Below, one piece after another: positions 23,887 through 31,872 of a DNA stretch of 64,000 nt. The DNA is from an uncultured Saprospiraceae bacterium. Lineage in GTDB: Bacteria > Bacteroidota > Bacteroidia > Chitinophagales > Saprospiraceae. Location of the stretch: positions 54,018 to 118,017 of the forward strand of contig CALJPQ010000009.1 of the NCBI GenBank assembly GCA_937980645.1, written 5' to 3'. The notes under the pieces were generated by a model, which was not told where the DNA came from, made no database searches, and saw only the letters and a list, made by a program, of their open reading frames with translations. Every line of letters starts with the position of its first letter. The first letter of the stretch is position 1. The position numbers were made by a program, and so were the translations under genes.

Positions 23887-25287
23887 TTACTCAGGCAGCG
23901 TGTGCATAAAGCGCAGGACGATGAATTCGGCGGGTCGCACGACGGCCATGCCGATTTCGACGATGAGGCGCCCATTGAGGATGTCGTCGGTGGTCATGGT
24001 CTGGCCCAGGCCCACGTGCACGAAGAAGGCCTGTTCGGGCTTGGCGCCCTGGAGTGCGCCAGCGCGCCATTGGAGGATGAGGAAGTTTTCAATCATTGAA
24101 CGCACGCTTACCCACGTGTTAGCGTCGTTCGGCTCGAACACGAAGCGGTAGGTCGCCTTCTTGACGGACTCTTCGACGTAGTTGAAAAAGCGGCGGACGT
24201 TGATGTAGCGCCATTCGTTGTCGTTGCCGGCCAGCGTGCGCGCCCCCCAGATGACGGTGCCGCGGGCCGTGATGTTGCGAATGACGTTGATGGAATAACC
24301 GCCGTTGACGTCCACGTTCAGTTCTGCCTGCTCCAAATCATTGATAAGTATGGCTGGTCCAAGCACGTTGACTAAGCTGACGTTGGCTGGTGCTTTCCAC
24401 ACACCGCGGGAGGCATCCACAGCAGCATACGCGCCCGCAACAGCAGCGGCAGGGTATAGCGTGGGGCCTTCGGTGGCGATGGCCTGCCTGATGGCATTGT
24501 ACAGCGCACCTGTGTTGGGAATGTCGGCCGAGCCTAACTTCTTGTCTTTTAGCGGGCCGTCGGTGGGCGCACCACCGTCTTTGGATACCTTGTGGGCGAT
24601 CTTTACGTCGTCGTTAGTATACACGTAGTTCAGTTGCGTCAGCAGCGCCGGGTAGTAAGCCGCGCCGTATTTGAGATTTTCCGTGCCGATGTGCTGGCGG
24701 AATTGGGTCACATCTTTGACATCCATGACAACGAAGCGGTCCTTGAGTTCGCCGGCCTGGTTGAGTGCCTTTTTGTAAAGGTTGCAGATGGCGCTTTGCG
24801 AAGCAATGCCGGTAGCGTCGGGGAAGATCAACAGGGTGGGTTCGTCCAATTTCTCTACCTCTTCAAGGCCTTTTTCCAGGTCGCCTGCTGTGGGTGCATC
24901 GGCTGGGTTGCCTGTTCCAACGGACACCACGTAGCAGGTACTACCGCCGTTAGCGAAGAACATCTGCATGTGGTAGTACATGTTGCGTTTGGCGGGCGTC
25001 GCGCTCACCGCGAGGGTGCGGCGCAACAGCACGTCGCTGGCGTCGGTAGCGTCGTGGATGGTTACTTCAATGCCGCCTTCTGCGACGCGCCCAAAGAAGC
25101 TTTCGTACTCTCGGAGCGAGCGTATTTTACGCGGTTTCAGCACCAGATCGCCAGGTGTCTTCTCTTCAGCTTTTTCTGTGTAACCGATAAAAGCCGGGAT
25201 GCTGGTTTCTACACCTGCTACCGAGGGCGGTAGCATAGCGACTTCGTGTACGTACACTCCCGGCGTCTTAAGATCTGTAAGATTCAT
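23887..25287 (-). CDS. Contractile tail sheath protein (single sheath gene)
   Basis: 466 aa. TPGVYVHEV...IPAFIGYTEKA at the N-terminus; ...VWGARTLAGNDNEWRYINVRRFFNYVEESV... in the C-terminal sheath domain. Confidence 0.85.
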   Translation of the reverse strand: MNLTDLKTPGVYVHEVAMLPPSVAGVETSIPAFIGYTEKAEEKTPGDLVLKPRKIRSLREYESFFGRVAEGGIEVTIHDATDASDVLLRRTLAVSATPAKRNMYYHMQMFFANGGSTCYVVSVGTGNPADAPTAGDLEKGLEEVEKLDEPTLLIFPDATGIASQSAICNLYKKALNQAGELKDRFVVMDVKDVTQFRQHIGTENLKYGAAYYPALLTQLNYVYTNDDVKIAHKVSKDGGAPTDGPLKDKKLGSADIPNTGALYNAIRQAIATEGPTLYPAAAVAGAYAAVDASRGVWKAPANVSLVNVLGPAILINDLEQAELNVDVNGGYSINVIRNITARGTVIWGARTLAGNDNEWRYINVRRFFNYVEESVKKATYRFVFEPNDANTWVSVRSMIENFLILQWRAGALQGAKPEQAFFVHVGLGQTMTTDDILNGRLIVEIGMAVVRPAEFIVLRFMHTLPE

Positions 25288-25359
25288 ACTGCGTGGTTGT
25301 TTTTTATGGAATGAACAAAACGGTGGCGGCTATTGGATGGGGTGAAGATGTCGGTCACC

Positions 25360-26106
25360 CTAAACCGGCTCAAATCGAAGGTCGTAGCGAATGGGGGTAT
25401 CGTAGTCGGTATTTTGGTCTTTGAAAATGCGGATGACAGCGACGACGTCTTCGTATAATAATGCGGTGTCGGCAATAGCTAATTGCTCGCCCGGAGGCAC
25501 CCCAACGTGCGCAAAGCGGTAGACGCCAGCGGGTAATTCGATGAGCAAGGGTAGTTTCTTTTTGTCGGAGGCATCGAACACCAGCGATGTCGCGGGCGGC
25601 CCTGGGCGACGCGGTGTTACCTGTACGGCAGTTACGCCTGCCGGTGGTGCGTAGATGAGCCGCTCTGGGAGGCGAGCCGCTCGGTGTTGAGCAGCAGCCG
25701 TGAACGTCAGGGCTAGTATGCCGTTATCGTTGACCAGGCCCTGATCGGGCGCCAGCGCAGCATTCAGGTTATCGAAGTACAGCGTTTGGGGTTGGCTCAG
25801 CAGCGAGGGCGTGGTGGCATTGAAAGGCTTAAGGTTACCTAAGGCCACTTTGTTTTTGGCTTTTAATAAAAAGGTAAATGCTTGCACTCGATTCAGTTTC
25901 CGAACGATCGTTTTTGTGCCGTCGGGCAACACTTTTTTTTCCGCAATGGCGACCGCCGACGATGGATAAGCTTTGAACAGCAGCCCGTGGTTGCGCAGCG
26001 CCAGCGTGCCATCGTCGGTTGGCTGCAGGGTGAAAAAATCTGGCTCCAGCGGGTGAAGGATGCGCAGGGCGAAGAGGATGTCGTATTTCCAGTTGATGGT
26101 GCTCAT
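25360..26106 (-). CDS. Hypothetical eCIS-associated protein (248 aa) between the cap and sheath genes
   Basis: Intact ORF, translationally coupled to the DUF4255 gene (ATGA at 26103-26106). I recognise no family. Confidence 0.5.
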   Translation of the reverse strand: MSTINWKYDILFALRILHPLEPDFFTLQPTDDGTLALRNHGLLFKAYPSSAVAIAEKKVLPDGTKTIVRKLNRVQAFTFLLKAKNKVALGNLKPFNATTPSLLSQPQTLYFDNLNAALAPDQGLVNDNGILALTFTAAAQHRAARLPERLIYAPPAGVTAVQVTPRRPGPPATSLVFDASDKKKLPLLIELPAGVYRFAHVGVPPGEQLAIADTALLYEDVVAVIRIFKDQNTDYDTPIRYDLRFEPV

Positions 26107-26678
26107 AGCGGTTGCGGTGTCGCGCCAATGCCCGTAACCACGCCGGCGTCTTGCGGCTGCTGTCGCTGGATGATAAGCAGGCGCATTTTGTAGAGCACTG
26201 AGGGCAGGTATTTACTGCCGTTGATACCCCACAGGTGGTTGAGCGCTTCGAAGTTGAGGGAATGAAGGTCGAAAATCAGCTTTTCAATACCCACGGCTTT
26301 CAGCGCCGGGTCGGCAAAAACGTGACGCGCCTGAAAGAACTCAAGGATGTCGCCCACAAGGCGCAAGGACTCAGCGTATTGATTTTTGTTCGCGCTGAAC
26401 AGAACATAGACGTTGATGAACACTTCGGGCGGTTGTCCCACGGTTTTAGGCAGCCCGTCGTCGCCGTTCACCTTGCGATGATAGGGCTGGTTGCGCAACG
26501 CCGCCTCCTGTTCGATATTGACCACCGTGGCAATGCCCACGTTCGTCAGGTTTTGTGTTGAGCTGTCTTGCCCCGAATCCACCGCCGACACATTGCCCAG
26601 CACTACTTCTGGCGGACTGACCTGGCCAAGATCGGCATTGAGCTGCTGGAGAAGCCAATTGAGCGCTATGTCTATCAT
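26103..26678 (-). CDS. DUF4255 (Pvc16 N-terminal-like) tail terminator/cap protein (Afp16 analogue); first gene of the operon
   Basis: 191 aa. MIDIALNWLLQQLNADLG...VVLGNVS... and overall length fit DUF4255, a marker family of eCIS loci. Confidence 0.7.
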   Translation of the reverse strand: MIDIALNWLLQQLNADLGQVSPPEVVLGNVSAVDSGQDSSTQNLTNVGIATVVNIEQEAALRNQPYHRKVNGDDGLPKTVGQPPEVFINVYVLFSANKNQYAESLRLVGDILEFFQARHVFADPALKAVGIEKLIFDLHSLNFEALNHLWGINGSKYLPSVLYKMRLLIIQRQQPQDAGVVTGIGATPQPL

Positions 26679-26918
26679 AAAAAAAATACATCGACCTCCT
26701 GAACTGCCTGTATAGCAGGTCAGGAAATGGGTTGCGATTTTCCTGGAATGAAAAAATGTAAAACGATTAGCGCCTTTGGCGCCTTTTGCTAAAAGCAGTC
26801 CCTTTAGGCGTTCACATCAGCCCTCTCGCCGTCATTAGCACAACTGTTTCACAAATGGTAACAGATGCAAATTTATCAAATAAAAATCGGTCCAGCCATT
26901 GAACATATGTTCCAAAAA

Positions 26919-27275
26919 TTAAGACATATGTTCCAAATTGCCGTAGCATTGCCGGTAAGCAGATGGGCATACGCCAAAGACCTCTTTGAAACGCCGGGTA
27001 AAGTAGCTGGAGTCGTTAAAACCCGTTTTCTGGGCGATTTGCTCAATGGAGCATTCCGGGCATGTGAGCAGTAGTTTTGCCGCGCACTCCAACCGCATTT
27101 GGCGCACGTAGGCTGTGGTGGACAGGCCCGTCGCGTCTTTGATTTTTCGGTGCAGATCGGTGCGGCTCATACACATTCTGCGCGTTAAGCGCCTAACGTT
27201 GAGATCCGGATCGGCAAGGCACTGCTCAACGGTTTGGCGCAGCCGACTTAGGAAAATTTTAGTACTGCTTGGCAT
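26919..27275 (-). CDS. AraC-type helix-turn-helix protein, DNA-binding domain only
   Basis: 118 aa. LNVRRLTRRMCMSRTDLHRKIKDATGLSTTAYVRQMRLECAAKLL...IEQIAQKTGFNDSSYFTRRFKEVFGVCPSAYR is a dual-HTH AraC C-terminal domain. No sensor domain ORF lies upstream. Confidence 0.75.
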   Translation of the reverse strand: MPSSTKIFLSRLRQTVEQCLADPDLNVRRLTRRMCMSRTDLHRKIKDATGLSTTAYVRQMRLECAAKLLLTCPECSIEQIAQKTGFNDSSYFTRRFKEVFGVCPSAYRQCYGNLEHMS

Positions 27276-28115
27276 TATCTTTCGAAGATTGTCGGTGAAT
27301 AGGGATGATTACAGGCTGGTTTGGCAATATAGGCTGTCGAACAAGGCAGCGTTCAGACCTGTTAGCCGCCCCGAATAGAGTACTTCTCGCCTCTGTAGAT
27401 TCAAAAATGCCTCATGCCCTCGCGGTCGCGAGGATGATGACTTTAATTTGAGGAGCGCACACATGGCCGCGCTTCCTTACGTCCTCTATGGGAAGAAATT
27501 TCCCCCCCCAGAACGAGGAAAAATGCGTGGGAAACAGGAGGCTTAACGGGCAAGCAGTCTTGAAATTGCCTGGAGTTGATAAAGATATGCACCCATTTTT
27601 GACGGATGCACGACGGTTGTGTGCAGGCAGGAGGGTAGTATTGTTTTTCATTTAGATTAACCGGTAGGCACCAGGGAGAGAAGCTCCCTTTTTAGTGAAG
27701 GTATATGTGCTCAAGTCGGAGGCTTGTAAATATGTCAACTGGCTTGAGGCTTAATTGATTTAGCCAATGCGAGGTCTTGGCTTCACATCTCTAATCTACG
27801 GGTTCTTCCCGCCAGATGCAGATGAACGCTACTCGAGGGCTTTTGCGGTATCTACCAGTTGTGAAGGGCTAATTACAGCGAGTGGTTGGGCCGTCAGTCA
27901 TGGGGTATGACGGCCAGCAGCATCGGGCGAAGGGGATGCAATACTGCGTGGGAATATTTGGGCCGGATGTATTGAACACTCTCATCACCTTGCCTTTACA
28001 GCTAAGGGTACCTTGATGCGATAAAATGGTTGGTTAGGCGATCTGTTGTAGCGGCGAGGTCACCCTGCGGAAGATGTCGCCGTCATGTTTTAGCTGATGG
28101 CTTACTTTTGCCGGC

Positions 28116-28430
28116 GTGAAGACCGTAGCGCTGCTTTTAGGCCTTTGTTCTGTTTTGGGCGCCGTTAGCGCGCAGCCCATGCCCGCCGAGGTCAAGCGGG
28201 TGATGGGTAAATATGCCTGTACGACCTGCCATGCGCCTCAAGTGCGGCTTATCGGCCCCAGCTGGCAGCAGCTGGCCCAGCGCAACTATACGCCCAGACA
28301 ATTAGCTGCTCTCATGCGCAAGCCGCAGCCCGAGAACTGGCCCGACTATCCGCCTATGGAACCCATTCCCACCTTCACCAACGCCGACGCGAAAATCATT
28401 GCCGACTGGCTCAAGCAAATTCAAAACTGA
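28116..28430 (+). CDS. Small periplasmic c-type cytochrome
   Basis: 104 aa with signal peptide MKTVALLLGLCSVLGAVSA, a single CTTCH haem-binding motif and a distal Met region. GTG start. Confidence 0.7.
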   Translation: MKTVALLLGLCSVLGAVSAQPMPAEVKRVMGKYACTTCHAPQVRLIGPSWQQLAQRNYTPRQLAALMRKPQPENWPDYPPMEPIPTFTNADAKIIADWLKQIQN

Positions 28431-28440
28431 CTCCTTTGTT

Positions 28441-30003
28441 ATGGAACGAAAAGAAGCCTTTAGCGCCGAAATGACCAAAGGATACACCTTCAGCGGCCCG
28501 TCTTTTGTGTTGGGCGGCGCCATGCTCGATGGCGAAGCCATTCCAGGCTTGCAGGTAAAAATCCCGCTGCGCACCATGAACCGCCACGGTCTCATCGCAG
28601 GCGCTACGGGCACGGGTAAGACCAAAACCCTGCAAGCCATCGCCGAGCAGCTGGCCGCCCATGGCGTGCCTACCCTGCTCATGGACATCAAGGGCGACCT
28701 TTCGGGCGTGGCCATGCCCGGCGTGGAAAACCCAAAAATCACGGAGCGCGTCGCCAAAATCGGCCTCGAATGGAAGCCCGCGCGCTACACGGTAGAGTTT
28801 CTATCCCTGTCGGATGAAAAAGGCGCCCGCCTGCGCGCTACAGTCAGCGAATTTGGCCCGGTGCTGTTCAGCCGCATCCTGGGCCTCAATGATACCCAGG
28901 GCGGCGTGGTGGCCGTCATCTTCAAATTCTGCGACGACCACGGACTGCCACTGCTCGACCTGAAGGACTTCAAAAAAGTGCTCCAATATCTGGGCAACGA
29001 GGGTAAGGCTGCTATCGAGGCCGAATACGGACAGTTCAGCGCCGCCAGCGCTGCCACCATCCTGCGCAAGGTCATCGAACTGGAACAACAGGGCGCCGAG
29101 CGCTTCTTTGGCGAGCTGTCGTTCGAAGTGCAAGACCTCTGCCGCACCGACGAAAACGGGCGCGGCGTAGTACACATCGTTCGCTTGACCGACATCCAGG
29201 ACCGCCCCAAGCTGTTCAGCACGTTCATGCTGCAGATGCTGGCCGAGATTTACGCCACATTCCCCGAAGAAGGCGACCTCGACCAGCCCAAGTTGTGCAT
29301 TTTCGTGGATGAGGCGCACTTAGTGTTCCAGGAGGCTACACCAGCACTGATGCAGCAATTAGAAGCCATCATCAAACTTATTCGCTCCAAAGGCATCGGC
29401 ATCTTTTTCATCACCCAAAACCCGGTGGACATCCCTGAAAGCATTCTGGCCCAATTGGGCCTGAAGGTGCAGCATGCTCTGCGCGCCTTTACGGCCAAAG
29501 ACCGCAAGGCCATCAAACTGGCCGCACAGAACTATCCCATCACGCAGTGGTACAAGACCGAAGACGTGCTGACGCATCTGGGCATCGGCGAGGCGTTGGT
29601 AAGCGCCCTGAACGAAAAGGGCATCCCTACGCCGCTGGCACACGTGCTGGTACGCCCCCCCGAAACGCGCATGGATGTGCTGACGCCGGCGGAGATTGAC
29701 CAGGTCATCGCCCAGTCGAAGCTCGTGCGCAAGTACAATCAGGAGATTGACCGCCAGAGCGCTTACGAAATCCTATCGGAAAAAATCCAGGAGGTCCAGG
29801 AACGCACGCCGCAAAAGGGCACCACCACCGCCTCGCGCCCGGCGCGGCAGGAGAAGAGTGTTTTTGAACAGGTGCTCGACAGCCCCACCACGCGCCAGAT
29901 AGGTAATACCATCGTGCGCGAACTGACGCGCGGCCTGCTGGGCGTGCTGGGAGCGGGCGGCAGCAGCACGCGCCGGCGTAAAAGCAACAAAGGGTGGTTG
30001 TAA
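28441..30003 (+). CDS. DUF853 / HerA-like P-loop ATPase (YjgR family)
   Basis: Walker A motif AGATGTGKTKTLQ; Walker B-like motif LCIFVDEAHLVF. Start moved to the ATG at 28441 (MERKEAF...), which removes the overlap with the cytochrome c gene. Confidence 0.8.
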   Translation: MERKEAFSAEMTKGYTFSGPSFVLGGAMLDGEAIPGLQVKIPLRTMNRHGLIAGATGTGKTKTLQAIAEQLAAHGVPTLLMDIKGDLSGVAMPGVENPKITERVAKIGLEWKPARYTVEFLSLSDEKGARLRATVSEFGPVLFSRILGLNDTQGGVVAVIFKFCDDHGLPLLDLKDFKKVLQYLGNEGKAAIEAEYGQFSAASAATILRKVIELEQQGAERFFGELSFEVQDLCRTDENGRGVVHIVRLTDIQDRPKLFSTFMLQMLAEIYATFPEEGDLDQPKLCIFVDEAHLVFQEATPALMQQLEAIIKLIRSKGIGIFFITQNPVDIPESILAQLGLKVQHALRAFTAKDRKAIKLAAQNYPITQWYKTEDVLTHLGIGEALVSALNEKGIPTPLAHVLVRPPETRMDVLTPAEIDQVIAQSKLVRKYNQEIDRQSAYEILSEKIQEVQERTPQKGTTTASRPARQEKSVFEQVLDSPTTRQIGNTIVRELTRGLLGVLGAGGSSTRRRKSNKGWL

Positions 30004-30102
30004 CAGGCAGCTTTGGTGAAGCGCCTGCTCCCTTTATCTTTAAGGATAGGAGGTTCGCCAAGCGCCGTCCTCACTCACCTCCAAGACAAGACGAACCGAC
30101 AC

Positions 30103-31407
30103 ATGTCTGACCACCAGTCTCCTCCTGCATTTGCTAAAAACGACCGCCGGCTCATCAACGGCTGGGCGTTTTTCGACTGGGCCAATAGCGCCTATGCTTT
30201 AGTCATTACGGTAGCCATCTTTCCGCCCTACTTTCTGGCGCTGGCACCCGACCGGGTGAATATCGGCGAGGCGAGCATCCGCGACGAGTCGCTCATGGCC
30301 TGGTGTATTTCGCTGGCCTATCTGATCATCGCTGCTGTGTCGCCACTCCTTTCGGGTATTGCTGACTACGGCGGGCGCAAAATGCGCTTCATGCGCTCGT
30401 TCACCCTGTTGGGTTCGCTGGCGTGCATGAGCCTGTTTTTCTTCAGCAGCCCTGAAAGCCTGTGGGTGGGCGTGTTGGGCTTTGTACTGGCCACAGTAGG
30501 CTTTGCGGGAGGTATTGTGTTCTACAACGCCTACCTGCCCGACATTGCCACCGAAGACCGCTACGATGCCGTCAGTGCTCGTGGGTTCATCTTCGGATTT
30601 GCAGGCAGCGTGTTGCTCTTGCTGGCCAACCTGGCCATGATTCTGCAGTACGAGGCGTTGGGCTTTCCGTCCGAGACAGCTGCCATTCGCTGGGCCTTTG
30701 TGAGCGTGGGCGTATGGTGGTTGGGCTTTGCCCAAATCCCGTTTCGACGGCTGCCGCCCGACCGCCCCGGTGCCTTGCCAGCGGGGGTGCTGAAGAAGGG
30801 CTACGAGGAAATCCGCAAAGCCTTTGACATCCTGCGCCAGAGCGGCAACACCACGCGCTTTCTTATCAGCTTCTTTTGCTACAATGCCGGCGTGCAGGCC
30901 ATTCTCTTTCTGGCTTCCAGCTTTGCTGATAAGGAGATGCAAATGGAAAAATCGCGCCTCATCGTGCTAGTGCTGATTTTGCAGCTGGTGGCTATTGTGG
31001 GCGCTTACCTGTCGTCGCGCTTGTCGGCCTGGAAGGGCAACCGCGCTTCGCTGCTGACGATGTTGGTCATCTGGACGATCATTTGCCTGCTCGGATACGA
31101 CGTGCGCACGGAAATCGAAGTCTTTATATTGGGGGGCGCTATCGGTTTGGTCATGGGCGGCACACAGGCACTATCGCGGAGCACATACGCCAAGTTCCTG
31201 CCAGAAGAAACGACGGAAACGACGTCGTTTTTTAGTTTCTATGACGTCATGGATAAAGTATCCACAGTCTTCGGGACGCTGGTGTTTGGATTGGTAGCGC
31301 AGCTGTTCGGAGGCATGCGCACCAGCGTGCTGGTGTTGAGCGGCCTTTTCGTGATCAGCATGGTGCTGTTGCTCGCCGTGCGCGTGCGCCGCATGAGTGC
31401 TTCCTGA
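30103..31407 (+). CDS. MFS transporter, UMF1/Atg22-like family
   Basis: INGWAFFDWANSAYALVITVAIFPPYF is the typical N-terminal motif, with about 12 hydrophobic segments. Start placed at the ATG at 30103. Confidence 0.75.
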   Translation: MSDHQSPPAFAKNDRRLINGWAFFDWANSAYALVITVAIFPPYFLALAPDRVNIGEASIRDESLMAWCISLAYLIIAAVSPLLSGIADYGGRKMRFMRSFTLLGSLACMSLFFFSSPESLWVGVLGFVLATVGFAGGIVFYNAYLPDIATEDRYDAVSARGFIFGFAGSVLLLLANLAMILQYEALGFPSETAAIRWAFVSVGVWWLGFAQIPFRRLPPDRPGALPAGVLKKGYEEIRKAFDILRQSGNTTRFLISFFCYNAGVQAILFLASSFADKEMQMEKSRLIVLVLILQLVAIVGAYLSSRLSAWKGNRASLLTMLVIWTIICLLGYDVRTEIEVFILGGAIGLVMGGTQALSRSTYAKFLPEETTETTSFFSFYDVMDKVSTVFGTLVFGLVAQLFGGMRTSVLVLSGLFVISMVLLLAVRVRRMSAS

Positions 31408-31416
31408 GGCTTATAC

Positions 31417-31456
31417 AAAAAAAAACCGCGACGCTCGTTTGCGCCGCGGCGGTTTC
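31417..31456. terminator. Candidate bidirectional intrinsic terminator
   Basis: A-run (31417-31425), GC stem aaaccgc(g)...(c)gcggttt, then a T-run, 10 nt after the MFS stop. Lies between convergent genes. Confidence 0.4.
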
Positions 31457-31872
31457 CCGTATAATCTCATGAAAAGTCGCAAATCTGTGGGTCAATGATC
31501 GCCGCTTCTTGTCTCTCAGCTGCCGTTCTTCTTCATTGACGATACAAAAGTGCAGCGGTAACTACCGGTGGTAAAGAACAAAAAAAAGCGTTTGTTTTCA
31601 ATTTTTGAAGCACAAATTCAGGGTGTATTTTTTGTAAAAAATTGATAACCATAGGCTTTAAGAAATTTCTTTTAAAAAGAAATCACCTGATTTGTTGAGT
31701 AATAAAACCCAAAAATGCCTATTTTTTTCCTGAAAAATTTTTTTTCAAGCCAGACTGATAGGCTTTTTAAGACGCGCCAATGCGCTGCAAACAGCGCCAG
31801 CCCTAACGGGCTTTTCCACCCCCACCGAACGCCTCCCACTTTTCACTCAAAAGCGGCGGCGGTGTCTTTGCG

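Noticed and set aside
19207-26678. Myovirus prophage tail module.
   Set aside because: No capsid, portal, terminase, integrase, repressor or lysis genes lie on either side. The presence of the DUF4255, DUF5908 and DUF4157 markers and a PAAR/VgrG spike fits an eCIS instead.
19207-26678. Type VI secretion system.
   Set aside because: There is a single phage-type sheath gene rather than a TssB/TssC pair. There is no ClpV, TssE-F-G-K set or membrane-complex genes. A tape-measure-like protein and a DUF4255 cap are present.
26770-26790. Small hairpin gcgcc-ttt-ggcgc followed by ctttt.
   Set aside because: It has only a 5-bp stem with a 3-nt loop, and its orientation relative to the AraC-type gene is ambiguous. 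Not convincing as a terminator.
26868-26875. Bacteroidota-type -7 promoter element TAAATTTG (minus strand) upstream of the eCIS operon.
   Set aside because: No properly spaced -33 TTG was found and it lies about 190 nt from the start codon. It is mentioned in a finding but is too weak to annotate as a promoter.
27412-27651. 79-aa minus-strand ORF in the long non-coding stretch.
   Set aside because: There is no recognisable motif, the composition is odd, and it spans predicted hairpins. I did not consider it supportable as a gene.
28441-30003. DUF853 P-loop ATPase as the missing eCIS AAA+ ATPase.
   Set aside because: It is on the opposite strand and separated from the operon by the AraC-type gene, 0.84 kb of non-coding DNA and a cytochrome c gene. 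The family is HerA/FtsK-like and broadly distributed, not the CDC48-like AAA+ of eCIS.
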